Positions 1 through 14,600 of a stretch of 64,000 bases of DNA are shown here, one piece after another (positions within the stretch are counted from its first letter, which is position 1; every line of letters begins with the position of its first letter). The notes beneath the pieces are model-generated. The model was not told where the DNA came from, did no database searches, and was given only the letters and a program-made list of their open reading frames with translations. Made by a program: the position numbers and the translations under genes. The DNA lies in the NCBI GenBank assembly GCA_012295275.1, contig CM022678.1:248001-312000 (forward strand), read 5' to 3'. Source of the stretch: Chrysomallon squamiferum. Its lineage: Eukaryota; Animalia; Mollusca.

Positions 1-429
1 CTGTTTGAAATAGGATTAACTTTAAACTTACGTGAATGGCTTTGATTCTTGAAATAGATTCTTATCATTAACAGACTTCTGCTGCCATCTCCTTTTTATA
101 ACCAGTCTCGAAAAGGAACGACTGGGATCTACAAATAAGACAAATTTGCTCATTATCAAAAATGATCAAAAATGAGGTAAATATATCTGATATATCTGGA
201 AATAAAAATATTAGAAATGGTGATTAAGAATACAGTAAACAGGTAGTATAAAACTGAGCTAGCGAACAATATGTCCGATGTGGAATGATACATAACAAAC
301 ACCATATTTCTAAAATAAATTGCATTACATATTTGGAATTTTAATTTTGCTACAGATTTCAAACACGTATGCGTTTTTTAATAATAAAAGTGAGAATGTT
401 TCATACCTCTAAAATGTAAACTTTTATTG

Positions 430-589
430 AAACTGCGAACTATTTGTTCGAAAGAACTGACGTGCGATAAATTATTCACTGGAGTTATCGTTCGCTGGTT
501 TCACAGCGGCTGGAATTGTTCGCTGCTTTATTTTAGTGGAATTTGCGTCACTTCGATAGTTTTGAGTTTTACTTCCTTTTCTACTGGAG
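430..589 (+). promoter_or_regulatory. Putative promoter / first non-coding exon of gene A
   Basis: Local CpG enrichment in otherwise CpG-poor DNA (tgacgtgcg, tcgttcgc, tgcgtca), ending in a good donor GAG|GTAAGG at 589/590. It lies upstream of the candidate UTR exons. Confidence 0.35.
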
Positions 590-1834
590 GTAAGGACAAC
601 ATACTATATTGTTTTTCGTAGTGATGTTGATTCTTTATTTCTTTCACAGTACAAAAAATGTGTTTTATTTTATTTTATTTTATTTATAAATCCCAAATAT
701 CATAAAAAAATAATTTTGTTGGCACTATAATCCAAGGGGTATATAATATATAAACCAAAGCAATTTAGTTTTTAAATACAGTAGTTAAAAAAACAAAACA
801 ACATATTACAATGAAAACTGTTTTCAAAATGGTCTTTTAAGACCTAAACAAGTAGTTAAACATTAAAGAAGTAACTGTGAACATTGCACGTGTGTGTATG
901 TTATTAACATAATTTTTCGAAGTAAAAACAATAATGGATATACATCATGATCATCATGATGCTATATTTTTGGGGTCAGTGCCTACAAATAAATGTATCT
1001 AGTCATCATATCTTGCCTATATAGACTGTCAAAGTTCTTTATATTGCTGACATTGGTGTTCAACTAATGGATTGAGTGATAAAACAAGTTTACTGAGATA
1101 ATTAATTACTACATACTACAAACCTCAAAACAAGATCCAAAATGCCTCATTCCTTGCCTGCTCAGTAGTACAAGCGACTAGTAAAACTATACTGAGTTAT
1201 AAAAATGTGTTTTGTTTGTTTGTTGTTGTTTTTTTGTTTTTGTTTTTTTAATGTATCATAATCAAGTATTAAGAAATGAATTAATAATAACAACAATAAT
1301 TATAGTAACAATAATAGTTTTAGTCACACACATGTAATGTACCTTTATAAGTCTTAGACAAATTGTAATCCTTCATAGATGCACATACAACAGATGACCC
1401 ATAATAAAACAGTACACAGAAGCACATTGCATTTCTCGATAGTTATTTTGATTTTCTCCCTATCTAGTTCATTTTATTTTCTTGATATCTAGTAATTTTG
1501 ATTTTCTTCATATCTAAGTATTTGGATTTCCTCAGTAGAGAGAAGCTTTTGTAAAAAAAAAACAAAAAAACCCCATGAATAATGATGTAGTAACAGTTTG
1601 ACACATTTCCTTTTTATTAACTGAAATTCTGTGTAGGAAAAGATAAAGTAATTCACCAGTGAAACTAAACACACCAACAATTTGGATATGGAAAGACTTC
1701 CAAGACTGTTTGAGAAAAGAAAATGTTTAATGTATATTTTATGTATTTTATTTTATTTTCTAAATGAAAATTGACACATGTATTAATAATACATAAAATC
1801 TGAAAACATCTGTTTTGTTTTGTTCTGTTGACAG

Positions 1835-1915
1835 GACTGAAGAGTTGTATGACCAGTGAGAGACAACTGGTTTAACATACAACAGCTAAAATCTAAAGAT
1901 GGGTTAAAGTGAGTT
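1835..1915 (+). other. Putative ~80-nt non-coding (5' UTR) exon, copy 1 of 4
   Basis: ttctgttgacag|GACTGAAGAGTTGTATG...GAGTT|gtaagt; canonical acceptor with pyrimidine tract and canonical donor. Confidence 0.5.
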
Positions 1916-2563
1916 GTAAGTAAGTAAATGTTTTGAGAGTAAGGTATTCATGTGTATATGTGATTCTGCAGCAAGTTTTATAATGAACAACAACAAAGAG
2001 AGGTGAGGAATAATTCAGTAAATTATTTATGAATGTGAATTCATCTCTATTACAGTGTTAAACTTATGTTTATGTCTCTAAATCACAGCAGAGATTCACT
2101 CAGTATTTTATGAAGAGTATGTTTTCACCTGGTTCAGATACAAAATGGTTATACAAATCTTTTTGATTGTCAAACTTGTGAAATCAGATAATTTTTCCAG
2201 TGAGAACAGAGGAGGCATGCTATCTTATTAAAAATATACTAGCAAATTGTGCTGATCTATAATTTTTGTTGCATTATATTTGATTCGTATAATTTTATTT
2301 TGTAAACTACCAGATCCATGTATATTGATAATAAAAAAATTGTATTTTTGGATCAGTTTTCAGTCTGTTAATGATTTTTGAAAAATGACAGTTATAATGG
2401 ATTTATTTTTAATTTTATTAATTTTTTTTCTTGGCCTTTAATATCTTCTCTTTTTTTAAATGACAGTCTTTTATAATAATAATAATAATAAAAAATGTAT
2501 TACTTGACAATATTAATTTAAGAAACAAGGTAAATCAGTGTGTAAGTTTTGTATTGTTGACAG

Positions 2564-2640
2564 GACAGAAGAGTTGTATGGTCAGTGACAGACAACTGGT
2601 TTAACATACAACTAACATCTAATGATCTGAAACAAAGCAA
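2564..2640 (+). other. Putative 5' UTR exon, copy 2
   Basis: gttgacag|GACAGAAGAGTTGTATGG...AAGCAA|gtaagt. Confidence 0.5.
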
Positions 2641-4239
2641 GTAAGTAAATCTATTATTTGATTAAATTACATTTACACACAAGCAGAAACAGACACATAA
2701 ACACACATACATGTACACATTTCAAATACAAGTGTAATGAAAGTGATTGTTAGTAAGAATAGTAAAATTTAATACTATTACAATGTACAATACAAGACTG
2801 ATAAAACTTCAGTTGCCAGGTTTTATTGAAGAAAAAAAAAAATCATTTTTGTTATAGTAATTTTACTTATAATACTTTCTTTAAAATTTCTAACTTTAGC
2901 AGTTTTAAAACTTTACATAAAATATCTTACAAGATTTGGAATGAAGAATGTAGCAGATTATCGAAAACTGAAGTTAGCTAAGTATCAGAGAAATAGAGAA
3001 ACATTATCCATCTAATATTTATTTAACAGCTATCACAGACTTGTCATCCTGTTTTGAAATGATACACAAAGTGATAATGATCTATTCCAAAACTTTAAGA
3101 AATTCTTATGGTACTAAATTCATTACAATATAGTTAAATTGAATACAAATTAATATGAGTAAAAGAAAAAAATGAGAACACAGGAGAGTATAATATACAT
3201 CTGGAAAAATGTTTAGCATTCCAGTATTATAAGAATGTTTTTATCACAAACTGTCACATAATTAGTCCTATTTAACACTAATAACAAATCATTCCAAAGT
3301 GTGGAGCTGCAGAGTTTATAAAATAGTTTAAGAAATTGTTTTAGAGAGAAAATGTTACTTTAAGTCTCTAGATTACATCTGTAGTTAAAGATTCAGTGAT
3401 AAGTAAACATTCAACTGACTTCAACATCTGACTCGTCTTTACAGTTAAATGTTGGATTTGTCAAATAATCAACTAATGTCATTTCCTGTGCAAAGCTGAT
3501 TCCACTTCCATTCTATAGAAAATGTTGGGTGATAAAACAAATTTACTGAGACAATGAATTACTACATACTACAAACCTCAACACTGGACCCAAAATACCA
3601 CAGTACTTGCTTGGTCAATAGTTTTAGAGAGTATTAAAAAGTATACTGAGTTATAAACAAGTTTGTTTGAATGTTTCTAAACCAAATGAAATTAATAATA
3701 ACAACAACAGTAATAATTATAATCGTGGTTTCACACACCAGTAAGTTATAATGTCATCATATTGTAAACTGACACACATGTACATAAACTGGATGACCCT
3801 GCACTAAAACACTACACAGAAGTGCATTGAGTTTCTCTATAGTTATTTAGTTTTTCTCACTCAAGGTCATTATACTTTCTTCCTATTTAATCATTTGAAT
3901 TTTTGTGATATCTAAGTATTTTAATTTTTGTCAACAGAAATAAAAAAATGAAATGTATAATAAAAGAATGTGTAGTAAATGTGACAAATTTCCTGTTTTT
4001 TAACTGAAAAGGAAAAGGTGAAATCATTTCGTCAATGAAATTAAACATAACAACAATTTTGATATGGAAAGACTTCTAAGATTTCATCCTGTATCTTATA
4101 ATTACAGCTGTTTCAGTTTTTGTTCTTGTTGCTGTTGTTTTACAAAAGAAAATGTTTTTATTGTATTATAATTGAATTTATTTATTCTATTTTCTAAATA
4201 ATTTGAAAAATTCTATATTTTGTTTTGTTCTATTGACAG

Positions 4240-4318
4240 ACTGAAGAATTCTTGGTCAGTGACAGACATCTGGTTTAAGATACAACAACTAAAGTCTAAA
4301 GATGGGTTAAACTGAGTT
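4240..4318 (+). other. Putative 5' UTR exon, copy 3
   Basis: attgacag|ACTGAAGAATTC...GAGTT|gtaagt. Confidence 0.45.
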
Positions 4319-4887
4319 GTAAGTAAATGTTTTGAGAATAATGTATTGATGTATATATGTGATTCTGCAGTCAGTTTTATAATAAAGAACAACACACATG
4401 AGTGAGGAGTAATTCAGTAAATTATAAATGTGAATTCAACACTATTGTAGTGTTAACTTGTCTATATACAAATCTATGATGTGACTGAAACAAGTCTAGT
4501 GTTACAAATATACTAGTAAGTACTGCTCATGTATTTTTTTTAAAGTTCATGGTTCTTTATTGTATTACATTTGATTCATATAATTTTACTTTGTAACTAA
4601 CCAGATCTATGTTCATTGATAATAAATAAATAAATAAAATTCTATTTTAGCAATCTAATAATGTTTTGGTATTTTGAAAAGTGGCAATTATAATGGATTG
4701 TATTTTTAATACTAACAAGTTTTTATTTTTCTTCTTGGAAGTTAATTTATTTTTATTTAAACTAATATTTTGGGAAAACAAGAGCAATTTTTTGATAATA
4801 ATAGGAGAAGAAAATGTAATACTTGACAATATTAATTTAAGAAACAAGGTAAATCAGTGTGTAAGTTTTGTACTGTTCTGTTGACAG

Positions 4888-4972
4888 GACAGAAGAGTTG
4901 TATGGTCAGTGACAGACAACTGGTTTAACACACAAAAGCTAGTGTTTAGAAATGGGTTAAACTGAACTGGAA
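4888..4972 (+). other. Putative 5' UTR exon, copy 4
   Basis: ctgttgacag|GACAGAAGAGTTGTATGG...GGAA|gtaagg. Confidence 0.45.
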
Positions 4973-5495
4973 GTAAGGAAATGTTCTGTTTGATTAAATT
5001 AGTTACATTTACACACAAACAGAAGCATAAATATACCCAGTCAAATTAAAGTGTAATAAATGTGACAGTCATGAAAAATTAAAACAGTTTAATATTATAA
5101 GTGTACAATGTCAGAGAAAGTCTGATGAAACTTCAGGAAAAAGAAACATGAAAGTGTGTATGCACTTTAAATAAGATAAATTAGACTTCAATTTATTTAA
5201 CTGAATTCTGATGACATGATTTTACCTGTGTTAAGTGGTTAGAATTAGTTTTTGACTTTTCTGTGTGTATGCAGACAGACCAACGTGTTTTCAGTATGAA
5301 AAATGTGTTAAATGTAAAGCTGATGTCTACAAACCTAAATTAATAGCAATGCAGTAGTTTTCATGAACTCTTGTTACATTGCACAGGTTTACTCATTTCC
5401 AGTGATTTTATACAAATGTTCTGATGATATCTTTCATATATATTTCTAATGTTCAGGTAAATTTGGAATAGCACTAGTAAATATGTGTGTTTCAG

Positions 5496-5618
5496 GTTGA
5501 CTATGTCGCTTCGACAAAGCAGCAGAACAGCTGAGAAACACAGCAACCCAGAGCCAGAACCTGGCCCAGTCAGCCCATCACCACCTCAGAACAAGGAAAA
5601 AAACAAATCCAAAACAAG
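5496..5618 (+). CDS. Putative 123-nt phase-2/phase-2 exon, array copy 1 (open): LTMSLRQSSRTAEKHSNPEPEPGPVSPSPPQNKEKNKSKT
   Basis: GC-richer island bounded by gtgtttcag| and AAG|gtaatt. ATG at 5503. Splices in frame to the exon at 29717 (AG|C TCA ACC AAC ATG). Confidence 0.5.
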
Positions 5619-8600
5619 GTAATTAATTACAACGAAGTTTTTATCAACAGCATTGTGATCACTGCTTTCATATCCATTTTTATATAAAAACTCATATTAA
5701 TATTAGCCTTTTATTATTTAAAAAAATATTTTAATGATTTATTTTTGTAAAAAAAATTAAAAACTACAGTATACAAAGCTACAGTATCACTATGAGTATT
5801 ACTTATATAACATAATTTAGTACAGTTGACAAAACTAAGAATATAACTTAGTAAAACTATTCACATGTTATGTTATTTTGATAAGTAAAAATATAACTAG
5901 GTAAAAATATTCAGAAGTTATATTTATGTATTATTTTTATAACATAATTTAGTGCATTGACAAAACAAAGAATTATAACTTAGTAAAAGTAATGAGAAAT
6001 TATAATTTTATTGCTTATGTAGCATATTTCACTAATAAGACAGACAAGACTAAGATTGATTGGGATTGATTCTAATATTATTTATAGGAATCCATGCATG
6101 AATCTGAATCCTGAACTGTGAAGTGACCCATGTGTGACTGTTCTATATGTTTTAAACATTATTATTTACAAATTGTTATATCTCAACTGAAAAATGTTTT
6201 TTTTCAAGAAATAATATGCTTTGAAGTTTGAAAATCAAAGATGAAAGTGTGTCTGCACTTTCAATAAGACAAAGTTGTTTATCACTTATTTAACTGAATT
6301 CTGATGACAAAATTTCAATATTTCAATATACTGTTTAGTTTTGATAGTAAATTATAAACAGTAAAAAATAGTTTTTGTATTTGTAATAATAGAATATTTC
6401 AATGTATTGTTTATGTTATTAATGATAAATTCTAAACTGACAATAGTATTGTTTACATTTGGAACAATACACTTGTTTCAATATATTGTTTATTCTCTCT
6501 TCGGAATTACTAAATTGAAAGTTTTAAAATTTATATTGATAATGAATTAGCAATTTAAAGTCTTTGTGGCCTTTTTTTTTGTTTCACAGTAAAAAGCAAA
6601 AACACACACTGGTTACTGTTTGATTATTTCATCATGACCATTATAATTATTCTTGTTTTTCTGTTATACATTTTAAAACTGTAAAGTAATGTATATTTCA
6701 TACAGACAAAACATTTTTTAAATCATACATTGTTATATTTAATAATACTTTTAACAAATAATAGATTGTATTAATATTGTATGCTGTCCTTGCAGATACA
6801 AACATTTAAAAACAAAAATAAGCTTGTGAGATATAAATTTAAAAAATAATACAACTTGTACGACAAACAGTAAATATTATATCTTGCTGTGCAAATGTTC
6901 ATTTAGGAGTAGAAGATAATTTAATTTGCAAGTTGAAAACTGAAACTTTTCTGTTTTCTCTACATGTTTTATATATAACAGAAAACACATCAGGTTGTTA
7001 TTACTACTTTTCGGTCAGACACTTCAATCTGAACAACATGCACACATCACCCATTCTGACTAAAGGAGACAAGTCCACATTTTGAGATATGAAGATGTGT
7101 GGCATCCACATGAAATATGGTCAGAGACAGATTAAAAATCAGCCTGTCACTTACTTAACATAATTTAGTAGAATCCACAAAACCAAGAATACAACTTGGT
7201 CAAAGTGTTCACATGTTATGTTATATTGATAAGTAAGAATAAAATTATATTTATATTTTTATAACATAATTTAGTACAGTTGACAAAACTTAGAATATAA
7301 CTTAGTAAAACTGTTCATGTTACATTTATATTTGTTTTGTTTATATAAAATAATTTAGTACAATCCACAAAACTAAGTGTATAGCTAAATTAGAATATAA
7401 CTTGGTAAAACTGTTCACATGTTATATTTATATTTGTATTGTTTATATGACAAAGTAAGAGGACAGACAAAACAAAGAGTGGAATTGATTCTATTATTTA
7501 TATGATGTTGTGCATAAATCTGAACCGAGAACTATGTGAACTCATTCAGCTGTGATTGTTTTGAAGATTATTATTTAAAATTATGTTACCAGAGATGCTT
7601 TTTCAAGAAATAATATGCATGAATGAAAATCAAACATGAAAGTGTGTACACACAGTAAATAAGATAAAATTGACACTTATTTAACTGAATTTTACCTGTG
7701 TTATTGCTGTTAAGTGTTTAAAATTTGTTTTCATCTTTTCTTCATGTATGCAGGCTGATCAACATGTGTGTTTTTTGTATGAAAAATACATTAAATGGAA
7801 AGTTGATGTCACCAAATCTAAAATAATGTCAATGCAGTAATTTTCACAGACTTTATTTAGATCTCACAGATTTAGTCATTTCCGGTGATTTTAGAGAAAT
7901 GTTCTGTTGATAGCTTTCATGTATATTTGTAATGTTTAGGTAAACTTGGAATAGCACTAGTAAATATGTGTGTTTCAGGTTGACTATGTCCCTTTGACAA
8001 AGCAGCAGAACAGCTGAGAAACACAGCAACACAGACACAGAACCTGGCCCAGTCAGCCCATCACCACCTCAGAACAAAAAAAAAAAAAATCCAAAACAAG
8101 GTAATTAATGACAACGAAGTTTTTTTATCAACAGCATTGTGATCACTGCTTTCATATCCATTTTTATATAAAAAACTCATATTAATATTAGCCTTTTATT
8201 ATTTAAACAAATATTTTAATAATTTATTTTTGTAAAAAAATTAAAAACTACAGTATACAAAGCTACAGTATCACTATGAGTATTACTTAAATAACATAAT
8301 TTAGTACAGTTGACAAAACTAAGAATATAACTTAGTAAAACTATTCACATGTTATGTTATTTTGATAAGTAAAAATATAACTTTGTAAAAATATTCAGAA
8401 GTTATATTTATGTATTATTTTTTTACAACATAATTTAGTACACTGACAAGACAAAGAATTATAACTTAGTAAAACTAATGAGAAATTATAATTTTATTGC
8501 TTATGTAGCATATTTCACTAATAAGACAGACAAGACTAAGATTGATTGGGATTGATTCTAATATTATTTATATGAATCCACGCATGAATCTGAATCCTGA

Positions 8601-11600
8601 ACTGTGAAGTGACCCATGTATGATTGTTCTACATGTTTTAAACATTATTATTTACAAATTGTTATATCTCAACTGAAAAATGTTTTTTCAAGAAATAATA
8701 TCTTGTGAAGTTTGAAAATCAAAGATGAAAGTGTGTCCGCACTTTCAATAAGACAAAGTTGTTTATCACTTATTTAACTGAATTCTGATGACAAAATTTC
8801 AATATTTCAATATACTGTTTAGTTTTGATAGAAAATTATAAACAGTTAAAAATAATTTTTGTATTTGTAATAATAGAATATTTCAATGTTATTATTAAAT
8901 TCTAAACTGACAATTTATGTTTATTTGGAACAAATGATAAATTCTAATGATAAACTGACAATAGTATTGTTTACATTTGGAACAATACACTTGTTTCAAT
9001 ATATTGTTTATTCTCTCTTCTGAATTACTAAATTGAAAGTTTTAAAATTTATATTGATAATGAATTAGCAATTTAAAGTCTTTGTGGCCTTTTTGTTTCA
9101 CAGTAAAGCAAAACACACACTGGTTACTGTTTGATTATTTCATCATGACCATTATAATTATTCTTGTTTTTCTGTTATACATTTTAAAACTGTAAAGTAA
9201 TGTATATTTCATACAGACAAAACATTTTTTAAATCATACATTGTTATATTTAATAATACTTTTAACAAATAATATTAATATTGTATTAATATTGTATGCT
9301 GTCCTTGCAGATACAAACATTTAAAAACAAAAATAAGCTTGTGAGATATAAATTTAAAAAATAATACAACTTGTACGACAAACAGTAAATATTATATTTT
9401 GCTGTGCAAATGTTCATTTAGGAGTAGAAGATAATTTAATTTGCAAGTTGAAAACTGAAACTTTTCTGTTTTCTCTACATGTTTTATATATAACAGAAAA
9501 CACATCAGGTTGTTATTACTACTTTTCGGTCAGACACTTCAATCTGAACAACATGCACACATCACCCATTCTGACTAAAGGAGACAAGTCCACATTTTGA
9601 GATATGAAGATGTGTGGCATCCACATGAAATATGCTCAGTGACAGATGAAAAATCAGCCTGTCACTTACTTAACATAATTTAGTAGAATCCACAAAACGA
9701 AGAATATAACTTGGTCAAAGTGTTCACATGTTATGTTATATTGATAAGTAAGAATAAAATTATATTTATATTTTTATAACATAATTTAGTACAGTTGACA
9801 AAACTTAGAATATAACTTGGTAAAACTGTTCATGTTATATTTATATTTGTTTTGTTTATATAAAATAATTTAGTACAATCCACAAAACTAAGTGTATAGC
9901 TAAATTAGAATATAACTTGGTAAAACTGTTCACATGTTATATTTATATTTGTATTGTTTATATGACAAAGTAAGAGGACAGACAAAACAAAGAGTGGAAT
10001 TGATTCTATTATTTATATGATGTTGTGCATAAATCTGAACTGAGAACTATGTGAACTCATTCAGCTGTGATTGTTTTGAAGATTATTATTTAAAATTATG
10101 TTACCAGAGATGCTTTTTCAAGAAATAATATGCATGAATGAAAATCAAACATGAAAGTGTGTACACACAGTAAATAAGATAAAATTGACACTTATTTAAC
10201 TGAATTTTACCTGTGTTATTGCTGTTAAGTGTTTAAAATTTGTTTTCATCTTTTCTTCATGTATGCAGGCTGATCAACATGTGTGTTTTTTGTATGAAAA
10301 ATACATTAAATGGAAAGTTGATGTCACCAAATCTAAAATAATGTCAATGCAGTAATTTTCACAGACTTTATTTAGATCTCACAGATTTAGTCATTTCCGG
10401 TGATTTGAGAGAAATATTCTGTTGATAGCTTTCATGTATATTTGTAATGTTTAGGTAAACTTGGAATAGCACTAGTAAATATGTGTGTTTCAGGTTGACT
10501 ATGTCCCTTTGACAAAGCAGCAGAACAGCTGAGAAACACAGCAACACAGACACAGAACCTGGCCCAGTCAGCCCATCACCACCTCAGAACAAGGAAAAAA
10601 AAAAAATCCAAAACAAGGTAATTAATGACAACGAAGTTTTTATCAACAGCATTGTGATCACTGCTTTCATATCCATTTTTATATAAAAAACTCATATTAA
10701 TATTAGCCTTTTATTATTTAAAAAAATATTTTAATAATTTATTTTTGTAAAAAAAATTAAAAACTACAGTATACAAAGCTACAGTATCACTATGAGTATT
10801 ACTTAAATAACATAATTTAGTACAGTTGACAAAACTAAGAATATAACTTAGTAAAACTATTCACATGTTATGTTATTTTGATAAGTAAAAATATAACTTT
10901 GTAAAAATATTCAGAAGTTATATTTATGTATTATTTTTACAACATAATTTAGTGCATTGACAAAACAAAGAATTATAACTTAGTAAAACTAATGAGAAAT
11001 TATAATTTTATTGCTTATGCAGCTTATTTCACTAATAAGACAGACAAGACTAAGATTGATTGGGATTGATTCTAATGTTATTTATATGAATCCACGCATG
11101 AATCTGAATCCTGAACTGTGAAGTGACCCATGTGTGATTGTTCTACATGTTTTAAACATTATTATTTACAAATTGTTATATCTCAACTGAAAAATGTTTT
11201 TTCAAGAAATAATATGCGCGAAGTTTGAAAATCAAAGATGAAAGTGTGTCCGCACTTTCAATAAGACAAAGTTGTTTATCACTTATTTAACTGAATTCTG
11301 ATGACAAAATTTCAATATTTCAATATACTGTTTAGTTTTGATAGAAAATTATAAACAGTTAAAAATAATTTTTTGTATTTGTAATAATAGAATATTTCAT
11401 TGTTTTGTTTTATGTTATTTAATGTTTCAATATATTGTTTTCTTTACTAATGATAAATTCTAAACTGACAATAGTATTGTTTACATTTGGAACAATACAC
11501 TTGTTTCAATATATTGTTTATTCTCTCTTCGGAATTACTAAATTGAAAGTTTTAAAATTTATATTGATAATGAATTAGCAATTTAAAGTCTTTGTGGCCT

Positions 11601-14600
11601 TTTTGTTTCACAGTAAAGCAAAACACACACTGGTTACTGTTTGATTATTTCATCATGACCATTATAATTATTCTTGTTTTTCTGTTATACATTTTAAAAC
11701 TGTAAAGTAATGTATATTTCATACAGACAAAACATTTTTTAAATCATACATTGTTATATTTAATAATACTTTTAACAAATAATAGATTGTATTAATATTG
11801 TATGCTGTCCTTGCAGATACAAACATTTAAAAACAAAAATAAGCTTGTGAGATATAAATTTAAAAAATAATACAACTTGTACGACAAACAGTAAATATTA
11901 TATCTTGCTGTGCAAATGTTCATTTAGGAGTAGAAGATAATTTAATTTGCAAGTTGAAAACTGAAACTTTTCTGTTTTCTCTACATGTTTTATATATAAC
12001 AGAAAACACATCAGGTTGTTATTACTACTTTTCGGTCAGACACTTCAATCTGAACAACATGCACACATCACCCATTCTGACTAAAAAGCAAACAAGTCCA
12101 CATTTTGAGATATGAAGATGTGTGGCATCCACATGAAATATCACTTACTTAACATAATTTCAGTGACAGATGAAAAATCAGCCTGTCACTAAGAATAAAA
12201 TTATATTTATATTTTTTAACATAATTTAGTAGAATCCACAAAACGAAGAATATAACTTGGTCAAAGTGTTCACATGTTATGTTATATTGATAAGTTAAGA
12301 ATAAAATTATATTTATATTTTTATAACATAATTTAGTACAGTTGACAAAACTTAGAATATAACTTAGTAAAACTGTTCACATGTTATATTTATATTTGTA
12401 TTGTTTATATAAAATAATTTAGTACAATCCACAAAACTAAGTGTATAGCTAAGTTAGAATATAACTTGGTAAAACTGTTCACATGTTATATTTATATTTG
12501 TATTGTTTATATGACAAAGTAAGAGGACAGACAAAACAAAGAGTGGAATTGATTCTAGTAGTATTATTTATATGATGTTGTGCATAAATCTGAACCGAGA
12601 ACTATGTGAACTCATTCAGCTGTGATTGTTTTGAAGATTATTATTTAAAATTATGTTACCAGAGATGCTTTTTCAAGAAATAATATGCATGAATGAAAAT
12701 CAAACATGAAAGTGTGTACACAAAGTAAATAAGATAAAATTGACACTTATTTAACTTAATTTTACCTGTGTTATTGCTGTTAAGTGTTTAAAATTTGTTT
12801 TCATCTTTTCTTCATGTATGCAGGCTGATCAACATGTGTGTTTTATGTATGAAAAATACATTAAATGGAAAGCTATGTCACCAAATCTAAAATAATGTCA
12901 ATGCAGTAATTTTCACAGACTTTATTTAGATCTCACAGATTTAGTCATTTCCAGTGATTTTAGAGAAATGTTCTGTTGATAGCTTTCGTGTATATTTGTA
13001 ATGTTTAGGTAAACTTGGAATAGCACTAGTAAATATGTGTGTTTCAGGTTGACTATGTCGCTTCGACAAAGCAGCAGAACAGCTGAGAAACAGAGCAACC
13101 CAGAGCCAGAACCTGGCCCAGTCGCCCATCACCACCTCAGAACAAGGAAAAAAACAAATCCAAAACAAGGTAATTAATGACAACGAAGTTTTTATCAACA
13201 GCATTGTGATCACTGCTTTCATATCCATTTTATATAAAAAAAACTCATATTAATATTAGCCTTTTATTATTTAAAAAAATATTTTAATAATTTATTTATG
13301 TAAAAAAATTAAAAACTACAGTATACAAAGCTACAGTATCACTATGAGTATTACTTATATAACATAATTTAGTACAGTTGACAAAACTAAGAATATAACT
13401 TAGTAAAACTATTCACATGTTATGTTATTTTGATAAGTAAAAATATAACTAGGTAAAAATATTCAGAAGTTATATTTATGTATTATTTTTATAACATAAT
13501 TTAGTGCATTGACAAAACAAAGAATTATAACTTAGTAAAACTAATGAGAAATTATAATTTTATTGCTTATGCAGCTTATTTCACTAATAAGACAGACAAG
13601 ACTAAGATTGATTGGGATTGATTCTAATGTTATTTCTTTGAATCCACGCATGAATCTGAATCCTGAACTGTGAAGTGACCCATGTGTGATTGTTCTACAT
13701 GTTTTAAACATTATTATTTACAAATTGTTATATCTCAACTGAAAAATGTTTTTTCAAGAAATAATATGCGCGAAGTTTGAAAATCAAAGATGAAAGTGTG
13801 TCCGCACTTTCAATAAGACAAAGTTGTTTATCACTTATTTAACTGAATTCTGATGACAAAATTTCAATATTTCAATATACTGTTTAGTTTTGATAGAAAA
13901 TTATAAACAGTTAAAAATAGTTTTTGTATTTGTAATAATAGAATTTTTCAATATATTATTTATGTTATTAATGATAAACTCTAAACTGACAATAGTATTG
14001 TTTACATTTGGAACAATACACTTGTTTCAATATATTGTTTATTCTCTCTTCGGAATTACTAAATTGAAAGTTTTAAAATTTATATTGATAATGAATTAGC
14101 AATTTAAAGTCTTTGTGGCCTTTTGTTTGACAGTAAAGCAAAACACACACTGGTTACTGTTTGATTATTTCATCATGACCATTATAATTATTCTTGTTTT
14201 TCTGTTATACATTTTAAAACTGTAAAGTAATGTATATTTCATACAGACAAAACATTTTTTAAATCATACATTGTTATATTTAATAATACTTTTAACAAAT
14301 AATAGATTGTATTAATATTGTATGCTGTCCTTGCAGATACAAACATTTAAAAACAAAAATAAGCTTGTGAGATATAAATTTAAAAAATAATACAACTTGT
14401 ACGACAAACATTAAATATATTTTGCTGTGCAAATGTTCATTTAGGAGTAGAAGATAATTTAATTTGCAAGTTGAAAACTGAAACTTTTCTGTTTTCTCTA
14501 CATGTTTTATATATAACAGAAAACACATCAGGTTGTTATTACTACTTTTCGGTCAGACATTTCAATCTGAACAACATGCACACATCACCCATTCTGACTA

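Larger units (their letters stand above)
1075..5136. repeat. Diverged direct duplication (~1075-2812 vs ~3530-5136)
   Basis: Shared anchors in the same order: tgataaaacaa.tttactgaga (1077/3530), gatatggaaagacttc (1685/4061), aagaaacaaggtaaatcagtgtgtaagttttgta (2520/4839) and ctgat.aaacttcag (2798/5121). Confidence 0.85.

Noticed and set aside
1077-3530. The ~2.45-kb offset of the 5' duplication matching the 2.47-kb array period
   Set aside because: The duplicated sequences are unrelated to the array unit; treated as coincidence.
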